Below, in pieces: positions 28,412-38,936 of a stretch of DNA of 64,000 nt. The notes beneath the pieces are model-generated. The model searched no databases and was not told where the DNA came from. It saw only the letters and a program-made list of their open reading frames with translations. The DNA comes from Calcarisporiella thermophila CBS 279.70. Its lineage: Eukaryota > Fungi > Calcarisporiellomycota. Both the position numbers and the translations under genes were made by a program. Position 1 is the stretch's first letter, and every line of letters starts with the position of its first letter. Where the stretch lies: contig NW_027192192.1 of the NCBI RefSeq assembly GCF_041956535.1, positions 183,051-247,050 on the forward strand. The letters are read 5' to 3'.

Positions 28412-29964
28412 GGCGCGGGTGTGTTAACTAGATGTGGGGGTGGAAAGATAGAAGATTTTAATTCGAAAGGCAGAGTCTCCATAGAACGGTTTTTAAATAC
28501 AAAGCTAGATCTGATATCATTCATTAGATTTCATTCGGGTAAAGCGCCCAGTTTAGAAAAGAGTGGCGATGCTCGGAATTTAACAGTCCGAGTTGGAATG
28601 ATTCACCAACTTACGCATATTAAACTGGTCGGATGTGGAAGATGTTTTTCCGCGCCAGAGAAGGCCTTGGACTCGGCTAAATCACCTGAGGACCGGCTAA
28701 AGAGTAAGTGTGTGAAAAAACCCCTTCATACAATATCAGCTCCCCCATATGCTCAAGGAGAGAGATTATAGTTCAGCGGATTAAATATTTAATTTTCCCA
28801 TGGGCTTCCTAGTGCTTACTCATCTTGGCGTGGTCTACTTGTCACCCGTTTTCTAACGGTGGGTAAAAACTGAACACTTTACTGTCTTGATTCAGACATT
28901 TCCGACCTTCTTGGCTACTTATCGTAGTGGCTATAGCAATCTTTTCCAAAATGCTGTGTCTCAAGTTTGAGCCTGCAGTGATAAAACAAGGGCAATATCT
29001 TCTCTTTTGCCTTGATTTGTATCAGTGTTTGTATCACGGAACTCTCTTGTGAGAATTCAGATTAACAAGGATGCACCACAACGAGCGTTAGTAAAACTCT
29101 GGCAGTGTTAAACACATTAGGCCCCACATTACACGTAATTAAGTTGGAGTATTAATTGGTATGACATCAAAAACTATAATGACAGCGTTCTAATAAAAGA
29201 GGAGACCTCTAATGCCCGCCCCACTTCGCTTTTGCACTGCCGGCGATACGAGCTTTTTCCCCCTGATCCTTGGCGAGGGGGATAGCAATTTTTTATGCTT
29301 TTTCATACTCCTATTTTTAGATTTCGGGCAAAATGAATATCAAGAAAATTATTCAGCCACGAGAGGATATTCTTAGAAAGTCATCCATGCATTGATATTC
29401 AACATGATTTCGGATGAATTCATAGTGTGATGGAAAAATGTCACTGTTATGATCCTGATGATCCTCCGTCCATAGAACACGCCTCTATACTATTGTTAAA
29501 AGAGAGACGAACGACCCATTTTTCCCGCGTTAGATTGAATATAGAAATGTTTTAAAGCAAAGCCACAAACACTATTGCAATATTTTTGTGGAGTAGTTTC
29601 ACGAACACACTTTCTGCAATGAACAGTGGTGTATTGAGCGAGAAGAGGACCTAATCTTTATTTCAAATCTAATCTTTCATCTAAATTTCAGAAATCCAGT
29701 TCTTATTATGAGCGTTACATTGATCCTACATTATTTATTCTTTGGAAAGTATTACATAACATGTGAAAGGTTTCTCTTGTTATACCTTTCCATCTGAATT
29801 TTATCTATTTTCTTATCCTTATAAATAAGGATGCCATTTTGCTTGAAATAGGGGGATCATTAGCAGTTTTTAATACTTTCTGGGATATTTCTTCACATTT
29901 CCAAATTTTTAAGCAACGTTTTTGGAAGCCCTATTAGAAAATTACACACAAGGAAAAGTCCACC

Positions 29965-30303
29965 ATGATAAATTTATTCTATAGCGTTATGACAATGCTC
30001 TTAGGAGTTACTTTTCTAATGGTTCGCGCGGATACAACTACGATATGGGGTGGCAGTGATGGCAACTGCAATAATTGGTCAGGTTATAAAGCACTTGGCT
30101 GTGGATGTCACGATATACCAGCTAGGCCTTTAATGTATTCCTATGGCATCGAGTACAAGGGACAACATACCAAATTTTATAACCGCCGAGGATGCAGTGG
30201 GGAAGTATTGGGAATTTTTACAGAGAGTACGTGCTATCGGGATCCACGGGCTCGGTCTAACAGCATCTGTATCAATTGTAACCCGGGCGGATGGGATTGC
30301 TAA
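29965..30303 (+). CDS. Secreted Cys-rich peptide, MiAMP1-like (beta/gamma-crystallin-fold antimicrobial peptide family)
   Basis: Signal peptide ending VRA-D; TIWGG...CNN, CGC, YKGQ...YN..GCSG, SI.I.C match the recalled MiAMP1 pattern (TVWSGPGCNN, CGC, YTGQ...YNQAGCSG, SIFIQC); TATAAA at about 29820. Confidence 0.78.
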   Translation: MINLFYSVMTMLLGVTFLMVRADTTTIWGGSDGNCNNWSGYKALGCGCHDIPARPLMYSYGIEYKGQHTKFYNRRGCSGEVLGIFTESTCYRDPRARSNSICINCNPGGWDC

Positions 30304-30680
30304 ACCACGAATTAGTATGTACTTGAAATCTATATAATGAGAAGTTATTATTTTTATTTTCTTTTTGAGGTAGAAACTGAGAGAGGTTTCAACTTAAAAT
30401 TTCCTTTAAGGTGCTAATGAAATTGAAGCCTATTTCTTATTGCCCTTATCATTCCTCCATCCCTTGAAATATATTTTATATTGTTATAATAATATAACAG
30501 AGGCAACTATGATTTATAATTATCTTCAAGATATAAAAGTAAATTTTTTAAGATAATAGAAGGCAGCGTCTTCTCGTCTTAGTCTTTGGTTTATTGGGTG
30601 CTGACTTATGCATAGAATGAATGGATAACAGGGAGATCGCTCATTATCTCTGGGTTACCAGTTTTTTAGCTTTAAAGAGG

Positions 30681-31030
30681 TTTTTTTTTTCTCTCGGGAA
30701 GTGAGGGAAAAAATTTTGATAGTTGATAGTTCACTTGATAGTTCTAACCCAAGGGAATAGAACGGGTAGGTTTCCACCTCAATATCACCTAGGTACTGTC
30801 TCTAGCCTCCCATTTTTGAAGTTGGATTTTTCTAAGGATTATTGCTACCTCTTTTTGTAAACATTTGATATTGCTTGTCTACTGCAATACTATTGATATC
30901 CATTGAGTCCTGAGAAAACCCAGCAAACTCCCATGGATGGGCGTCGCCTGCAGAAATGGAACCCGCAAAGCAGTTCAGCCCCGGGATCTCAAATCACTAC
31001 GCCAACCAAGAGAGGACTTTGAAAAGGGCA
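30681..31030 (-). mobile_element. 3' fragment of a decayed non-LTR retrotransposon
   Basis: Poly(T) at 30681-30690 (poly(A) on minus); 30760-30810 resembles 36755-36810. Confidence 0.45.
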
Positions 31031-31041
31031 TCGTTTTATTA

Positions 31042-31985
31042 TTTTTTTTTTGGTCGATCAATGGAAGCTTTATTGGGTATAATAATTCCCAGTTTTTACA
31101 AGCTGTTAAAAGATATATTCCGTTCCACCACCAGCTATCAGGAAAACACCGGAAAGTGCTTAAGAGAACCAATTTATCCAGGTCAAGAGTAACCGCCACC
31201 CCCGCAACCCCCAAAGTGTTGATAACAACATATCCATAAGACACGAATGCCATTAACTAATCCTGACAGACCCACTCAGCTTACGATATGCATTTCGAAG
31301 GCGAACAAATAGTAAATGAGCGAATATCAGAAAACTGGCCGGTGTATCAAAGGCGCTTGATTTGGGCTGAGTTCTTTTTGACCTTAACCGGTGTCTGCAT
31401 CTTATCAAGCTCGAGCATTCTAGAATGAAGTGGTCTTAATTTTTATTGTACCTGTAGATTGCAGGGGTGTTTCTCCAGATTAGGATGACAGCCGTTCCAA
31501 CGATATCCATCACCCTCGGAAGGCTGTTGATAATGGGTGGACATCCGCTAATGTTCAATTTTGGATTGCATTTTATAAACTGCGGATGTGTCTACCGGGA
31601 TTAGTCTATGGCCAATCAAGCTGAAAGGCCTATCTATGCAGGAGGAAGAAGTGCTGACTAAACTAGTCAGGGTGACTCTCTCAACCAGTCGAAGAATTAA
31701 TGCCTATAGGGTTAGACTTGGCATTGTCCAGTATTGTTTCAAATCTTGATCGATGTATTATCCATAAAACATTGCCATGGCTCAATACCCACTTGGTTAA
31801 GGCACTGGTCCGATTGCTTCTTCAATCCAGCTGGTCTGTATTATCCTGTAGACTCCCCTGGAGAGTACACTAACCTTTTGGCAGTTTGTCAACTCTTAGC
31901 CGGTTCTGTGTAAGGACTGGGCGGCCAAACAATGCATGTGCAATGGATTCAGGAATCTCTAGAGAACAACCTTTGTAGGTGTTTG
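31042..31985 (-). mobile_element. Decayed non-LTR retrotransposon, ORF2 C-terminal region and 3' end
   Basis: Minus-strand AATAAA...ATTGATC...poly(A) end at 31042-31075; stop-riddled remnants (KVVL*RFL, MFLWIIHRSR) resembling the LINE ORF2 C-terminal region. Confidence 0.55.
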
Positions 31986-32561
31986 ATTTTTTATTTATTT
32001 GTATTAGTAGTAATGCCGGCGATAATACAGAATATATGATTGAGCTTAGATGAACATGGAGAGTAAATTAGAAGGGGACGGCCAAATCCATCTAAATTAA
32101 CTTCAAGACCCCCCCAATTGATCCTATTTTGATCATGGTTTTTATACCTTGTCGTAGTAATGATTGCAGAAAGTTCCATATGGCCTCCTTTGAATATTTT
32201 AAGGATGTAGAGTGGATACAAGTTCAAGTTCGCAGCAAAAACGGGACGAAAATAAAAGAGAGATTTTACTAATACCAAACTTATACATGCTCTTTGTATG
32301 CAATAGAAATGGCTGACGCATTTATTTTTCCTTTTAGCTTAATGATTGCAAGTATTAGATTCGCGGTTCATATATCAAGAGTAATCCTGCATTTGTTCAA
32401 AGAAGCTCATCGCGGTTTCATATCTGTATTATACTCGATGTCATATTGGTCCCATGCACCCTCCTCTACCTCCTCCTTCACGTCCAACATGACAGAATCC
32501 TCGGTTATTTTGGCAGCAACCACTTTAACATGGGTATCGCCGATGTCGACATCACACCCGA

Positions 32562-33396
32562 CTAGTTGGGCTGCCTTGCAAAGCAAAGAGATAGCCTCCT
32601 GAAAGATTTCCAAAATGATACCTAACTAGTCATGATATCAAAAATCGAACTTAAATGCACACCACTTACACGCCTCGATTGTTTTCCACTGCGCTTTTGA
32701 ACTCTCTTTGGAATGATGCGTTGAGCTGCACTGGATACCGAGGAAATAATTTTCTGCAAGAATTGAACAAGGGAGTAGGTAGTCATATCTCTCTAAACTA
32801 TGCCTGGATTTCTTACGCTTTTCGTCCGCTTTTCGATGTGTATATGGGTCTGTTTCGGAATATATGGGGCTTCCGAAGAGCTTCCGCTTTGCTTTTTCTT
32901 ACTTCTCTCTGGTCTTAAGAGGCAAGATGACTCTCACTTCACCCTCCGTTTATCTATCGTATTTGATATATCGCCTACTTACGTGAGTGATAACAGTACT
33001 TTGCGTGCTTCACGCTGATCACACATACTGCAAATATCGGTGCAATACTTCACTAATAATCTGAGCCTCATATCCTCCTCTTTACTGGCTCTAAAGAATA
33101 CTTTAGCTGTATCTCAGTTGGAGCATAATACCAACCTACTCACTTTATCGGATCATAATTGTTGGCCTCACATTTAGCAGGATCGAGATACCTTTGTCCA
33201 TATTTGTCGGTAATCTTGTACGATTGATATTCTATAGCCGCTTCTTCACTCTCTCTAAGAATGGCCTTGCATTCTGTTTATCAGACCATATCAGATGATA
33301 TTCAGTAGTAGATAGAAGTGAAGTAAGAGCAAAAGTTTGAATTAGCTAATGCCTACGATTTATTAAATACTCCAGAGGGGTATTTCCTTCCGACAT
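32562..33396 (-). CDS. Orphan six-exon protein (about 175 aa, basic C-terminal half)
   Basis: Five GT-AG introns splice into one open frame: MSEGNTPLEYLINQCKAILRESEEAAIEYQSYKITDKYGQRYLDPAKCEANNYDPIKASKEEDMRLRLLVKYCTDICSMCDQREARKVLLSLTPERSKKKQSG...KRSGKQSRRVSFWKSFRRLSLCFARQPN*. Confidence 0.7.
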
Positions 33397-33955
33397 TGGG
33401 AGAGCTTGGGAATGATTTTGGGAGTTGCTTTGGTTGGCTTTTCGAGACGACTCATCTTGACATATATATCAGATTTTTCATATTTTAATCCTAACCTAAT
33501 TGATGTGGATTTACGAAAAACTTTATTGCGGTCAGATAGGAAACAAAGAAATATAAATTATTACTATAGCTTAACTGATTAAAATTCATGACAGTACAAT
33601 GCTAGGTTAAAAATATTAGACAAAATGTTTGTGACCATTAGAGAGCTACATAACGACCCACTATTGCTCTTATCTCTCTTTAGACAAAGGCATATCACTT
33701 GGATATAAAACAAGCAATATGGTGTACCACACCCCATTCTGGGTCCTTATGGTTACGAATCTAGGATTATCTCTTTGTTTGATTTATGCACTCTCTTTGG
33801 ATGCGATAGAAATTCACTCTTTTTCAAGTTTTCATCTAGTGATAACAAATATTGTATCCGCCGTGTATATAAGTCAAGGGTAAAACCTGCGGTGATTCAA
33901 GCTCAACGTGGTTCATTTTAGTATCATTTTTTTACATATACATAGAAACAACAAA

Positions 33956-34321
33956 ATGCAAGCTGTTAGAGAAAGACTTGATAGTTTTGGTCATTGGATA
34001 ATCCAATATGACCTAGGGCAAAAGGCGTTAACTGAATCGTACGGCTCGCATACCCGGTTTTATAGGGAAATTACTTCTATTCTCAGCGAGCACGGATATA
34101 TACGAGTTCAGCAGAGTATATTTCGGCATCGAGACGGATGCCTGCTTGCCCAAGTGCTAATTCCTCTCATAGCAATTCGCAATCTACAATGGATAGACGG
34201 CCTGTCTCCAAATGGAGATCCTCACCTATTAAGCGTTCGAGTTTCTATTCAGGACGCAGAATACATGGACGTAACTCCATTTGTTCGTGGAGGTGATATG
34301 CCCGCTATTCCTCTCACTTGA
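33956..34321 (+). CDS. vapD: VapD/Cas2-like ferredoxin-fold endoribonuclease (121 aa)
   Basis: IIQYDL (acidic residue at the end of beta1), Y.EI..IL.EHGYIRVQQSIF (cf. GF..QGSVY), LAQV...I..LQWI, and C-terminal MDVTPFVR (cf. SDFTDFIR); ATG in an AAAATG context. Confidence 0.8.
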   Translation: MQAVRERLDSFGHWIIQYDLGQKALTESYGSHTRFYREITSILSEHGYIRVQQSIFRHRDGCLLAQVLIPLIAIRNLQWIDGLSPNGDPHLLSVRVSIQDAEYMDVTPFVRGGDMPAIPLT

Positions 34322-34499
34322 GTATGTGATGAGAGAGGACTTTCCTTTATTAGTTTACCAATTGTTCTACAGAATTGTTTCTTCTTATCGAAATACATGT
34401 TTTATTTATTATTGGAGTCTTTATTGTTTCAGAAAGCTCTCCATAAAGTGCATTAGCTACGTTAGTAAAAGGAATAAAATGAAGGAAAAATTAAGAATT

Positions 34500-36300
34500 A
34501 AGGCAGTATAGGAGCTCAGGATACCATATGGATATTTTTAGCTCATATAGAAAGAGGAACGGTAAAACTCAAACTAACCTTGGATATCAGAGTATAACAT
34601 GATGAATGAAATGAGGGGTGGAAGAGGGAGAGGGGTAAGGAAGAGTAGAAGTAGCGTCTACTGCTTCATTCCAGTACCAGTACCGCTCTGATGACTCCTT
34701 CTTTAACCGCGCCTCACTTGCACCACTTGCTTCAAAACTGTTCAGTTTGTCGCTTTCTTCGTTCTCTTATCTACTCGGCTCCTATATCCTCCTCAATATC
34801 CAGTGCACGATTGATGATGGTCTCGGATGAAGGTTGAATGTATTCAAAATGGAAGGCAATATGATCTCAATGCATTTTCCTTAGTGCAGAGTCGAAAGTA
34901 ATTTGGGCCACATGCATAGCTCTTCGTGGAGAATCAGAAAATTCACCTAGTGTTAGATAATGAGCTGTCAGCACTCGAGTATTCTGGGAGCCTGGGATGG
35001 TGTTGATATGCCTCTCCGCGCACTGCCATACTGGTGCGGGTTCGGGACATTCGAAAAACCAAAGAATATCAGGAAACCAGACTGACCACCACATGGAAGA
35101 GATGCAAGGATCAAGGATGAGCTCCTCTGCGAGCGAAAATTTCTATGCACTTCCCCAGTCCCAATGAAGAACTTAACAATTACGTCGATCAATGGCCGAG
35201 GCCTCTATGAATTCTTCTCTTGAGCATTTTCCGGCATTTCACTGAAAGCCGATTGGGTGGAGCGGTCAATATCTTCGTTTGTTCCTATTTTTTCCTGAGT
35301 TTGCTGATATTCTTTAGTTTTCTCTCCCCTCTTGGATTGGTTATTCTCATCTGAGGAGTAGTCTGTTTGGATAAGTTTCTGACGCCTGTGCTTGGCAGTT
35401 GTATAACTATCTTCGCTCTGGGGGTTGAGAGGGTGGCGGTTGCGCTTCACCGAGGTAAATTGGTTCCCGTGAGCACTTTTGGTTGTTTCCCTGATAGCAA
35501 GTTGAATGGAGCTGATAGTATCTTCGTCCGTTCGATTTACCTCCTGAGTTGTTGCTTGGAGCTAATGGATTGTTCCTGTATCAAGATTACTTCCTCTTTC
35601 CCTTTGTTGGCCGGTGGAGCGTCGGAGCTTGGATGAGGCTTGTTGACTTGGGTTCTTTGACGACGTTTCCGTCTCGCCAATTCTGGACATTCGAGTATCT
35701 TATGGCCCTGCTTTTTGCAATACTTACAGAAGAGTGGGGCGTTTCCCCAGGTCAAGATGACAGGCAACTCCGTCAATGTCTATCGCCCTCAGGAAGTTAT
35801 AGGTGATGCCTTGGCATTCACCTATGTTTAGTTTGGCGAATCCGGTCTTGGAGAAGAATCTCATGTACCCATTGTTGTGTATACAAAGTTAATCTCTTCA
35901 ACTGGCGCGAAGGATGAGAGAGTCTCTCTGACTAGTCTAGTCTGTTATTCTGTATTCTGCATAGGCAGGTCCTGCAGCTTGATTGAGGGTATGTTGTGGT
36001 GCTCTCGGCACAGCTTGATGATTGGATTTGCTTCTCATCAAAGGAGACGATGTCCTTGATGACGTTGATTATATCGCTGTCGCGTCGGAATGTTGCTTCT
36101 ATAGCTCCTAGTCACGGGTATGACTGAATTCCACAGATGCTTTCACAATATTGGGTGAGCAACTTCTCCTGGCAAGGTTTGAGGAAGAGATCTACATCCT
36201 TGAAGAGAAACTTCGCTGCATGCTCGAAGTTCTTATAAGAATCGATTTGGAAATGTTCATCTCCGAGATTGTTCCAACGCGTTTTCATTTGATTCCCACG
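34500..36300 (-). mobile_element. Decayed L1/Tx1-like non-LTR retrotransposon (ORF1 zinc knuckle, endonuclease remnant, ORF2 3' end)
   Basis: WGNAPLFCKYCKKQGHKILECP CCHC knuckle (35537-35776), followed by a basic low-complexity ORF1 tail, an APE-like LGEF remnant, and a 3' segment (34535-34715) shared with 38530-38710. Confidence 0.75.
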
Positions 36301-36419
36301 ATGGTGGACGCCGCTTCGACATAAGACCGTGTGGGATGTCTTTCTGAGTTACTACGTGGAGGGATCCCCGTTCGAGTGGATAGTGTCGTCCATTTTTTAA
36401 CAGCCAGTCCCAAGTTTTT

Positions 36420-36700
36420 TTTACTTTTTTTTTCTTTTTTTTTTGATCAATCAATGGAAACTTTTTATTTAATTTTCATATATTACATGAAGTTAATGTC
36501 AATAGACTTAACATAACGAGATATATGTCCTTGATCGATATGCGTGTATCGTAGTTGTCGTGAATAGTATGTACGCGAAACCGATGTAATCTTTGTACTT
36601 ATCGTAGGAGGGATCCTTTCAATAATGGGGACTCTATTTCTGATCAAGTGGACAGCAGTCACAAACTGAGAGTAAGGGCTCCATGTTTTTTTACTATAGA
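36420..36700 (-). mobile_element. Short 5'-truncated non-LTR retrotransposon 3' end
   Basis: AATAAA...ATTGATTGATC-poly(A) on minus strand at 36435-36470, the same terminal motif as at 31042 and 38381. Confidence 0.45.
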
Positions 36701-36704
36701 TGTG

Positions 36705-38200
36705 TTTTTTTTTTCACAAAGGACCTTTATTGAAAAGTATCCTGTACAGTTAAAACGGTAGGGTAACTTCTACGTCAAAATCACCTGAGTACTACCCCCA
36801 GCCTACCTTGAAGTGGTTTACAAGTGAGAAGAAAGTAGATAGAATGTTAGAATTGGTTGATTTGAATGGTTGAGTATGTAAGATAGTGATAGTGAAATGT
36901 ATATAGATAATATTTCTTTACTCTCGCATATCGTTTGATAAGCAAAAGGCAAAGGTGTTGAAAGAGAGTAACATTTACTGTCGCTGTAATATATATCTAA
37001 GCTCATGTTCCTTTGGGACTACTGGCAGCTTTTGCCTTAGTCTTAGGGGGGCACTTGGTCATTGATGGGCTTTTTGGCTTAGAGATAGTTTTCCGTGTTG
37101 GATGATCGATGCGCGTGGGCGATTTGGTAGGACTGAAGTCGAACTTCATGTTCTTCTGGGAAGCTAGGAATTCTTGCGGGTTCACCGTCTTGATTTCGGG
37201 GCTTCTCTTGGCTGGCACAGTGGATAGTTCAAGTCCGGATATTTCGCTAAACATTTGGATCCAAGAGGTTTGGTATTCGGTGCCTTTGGGGTACTGGGTA
37301 TCTTACTGGTATCCTCTTGTTTCTTCTGTGATTTCTTCGTCTCATTATCTGTATTCATTCTATCTGGCGTGGTTTCCCGAGTGGGCGGGGGGAAGTGTTT
37401 GCACGGGCTTATATTCTTGATGCTGTCTGTTCTTCTTTGGGCATTCTACTCGTATGTGACCAGGAGTCTTACAGTAGTTACACACTGGTGTAGATCCTCT
37501 CCAAGTAAGGATTATCTTGTCCTCATCGATGGATAGCTGGCGAGGTAGAAGGTTTTCTAAAGGTTCCGTGGTCTCAGGGTTCGGCTCAAGTATGGCGTAG
37601 CAGTGGTCTTGTAGCCACCCCGGGTTCCCATAGTATTGGAAGTCAATCTGGATGACTCAGGCATACTTGGACAAGGCTGCTTCCAATTTTTCTCTGAGGG
37701 ATTCCTCTTCCTGTCCTGGGAGGTCGTTAATTCTAACGTTTAACACTCTCTGGGACGTGGAGAGAGTCTTGTAACACGGGACTTTCGATCGTTCGCGTAA
37801 AAACCATTTCTGATTACCTCGTAAATGTTCACCTCATTTTGGAATGCAAGGATGATGGTCTTGGAATGTCCAAGGATCTTGATGGCTGCCACTTGTTTCT
37901 GGTACTTCTCATATAGTAGCTTCACTGCTTCTTGGGATGAGAACGCAAAACGCGAAAACTTGTATGTAACCGAGTTTTTGAAAGATGAGCTAGGCGAGCT
38001 TCTGTTGACACTCTCCAGAGTCGGTTCCTCGCCTGGGTCTTTGGTTTTCCGGGTGCATGCTACGCGTAAAACATCCGCGTAGGATGGATGGTTATCAGGG
38101 GGGATACTAGTCATTTTTCTATTGATGTGACTACCAGTGTGACTGCTATTATATAGCTGGTACAAAAATTTTCTAGTTACATTTTGTCATAAACTAGAGC
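36705..38200 (-). mobile_element. Internally deleted non-LTR retrotransposon (ORF1/gag remnant joined to a 3' end)
   Basis: ORF1-like MTSIPPDNHPSYADVL...IILAFQNE and frameshifted continuation (VRINDLPGQ, LSKYA); AATAAA and poly(A) on minus at 36705-36731. Confidence 0.6.
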
Positions 38201-38380
38201 GATATAACTAGGGGATACTCGGGGAACATAGGTAAAACTATAGGTTTATTCAAGAACAAGGTGTGTATGTTGGAAGTTCTCATTAGAGTGTTCCTTTTAT
38301 ACTATAAGATATAATAAATATATAACCTGTTAACTAATAAAGCTAATGAATACTGGTTTATAACTAGTTCCTAATTAATG

Positions 38381-38712
38381 TTTTTTTTTGATCAATGCCG
38401 AGTCTTTATTGTATAGGAAGACTCTAAAATACAATTGTTACATTATTATAAGCAATAAAGTGAAAGGGAAGCCAAAGTTAAAGCTTTGTGTGATATCGTA
38501 GATCGAAATGATATGTTGGTCATATCGACTTTCAGCTCAAATAGGTAAGGGAGTGGTGAAACTCAACTAACTGTGGATATCAAAGGATAACATGAGAGGT
38601 GGTGTGGGGAGTAAACAAATGGAAACAGAGGATAGGAAGGGGATAAGGTAGGGATTACTGCGTTATCCCAGTATCAGTGCCGCTCCGATCGCTCCTTCTC
38701 TAACCGCACCCA
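38381..38712 (-). mobile_element. 5'-truncated non-LTR retrotransposon copy immediately upstream of tRNA
   Basis: Poly(A) and AATAAA on minus at 38381-38410; 38530-38710 aligns with 34535-34715. Confidence 0.65.
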
Positions 38713-38790
38713 TAGTTTCTAATTAATGTCGGAGCTTGAATATCGTTGGGATAGCTTGATATGTGACTCAAGTTATGACAATTTCGAGAA

Positions 38791-38874
38791 GGTGATATGG
38801 TCGAGCGGTCTAAGACGTTAGACTCAAGTTCTAATCTGCGTAAGCAGGCGTGGGTTCGAATCCCACTGTCACCA
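38791..38874 (+). tRNA. tRNA-Leu (CAA), intronless
   Basis: Acceptor GGTGATA/TGTCACC-A, A-box TGGTCGAGCGG, anticodon arm TTAGA-CTCAAGT-TCTAA, long variable arm, B-box GGTTCGAATCC, oligo-T terminator downstream. Confidence 0.97.
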
Positions 38875-38936
38875 ATTTCTTTTTTCATAATTTATTCAAT
38901 GTAAATATCTCTTTTTGTCTCTTTACCTCTGACTCG

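Noticed and set aside
32407-32613. 68-aa ORF MEIFQEAISLL...
   Set aside because: Non-ATG start; it overlaps the last exon and 3'UTR of the spliced orphan gene in another frame.
33400-34600. CRISPR-like array or other cas genes near the Cas2/VapD-like ORF
   Set aside because: No regularly spaced direct repeats and no cas1 or other cas-like ORFs are visible.
38765-38774. GACTCAAGTT copy of the tRNA anticodon loop just upstream of the tRNA
   Set aside because: Only 10 bp; cannot be distinguished from chance.
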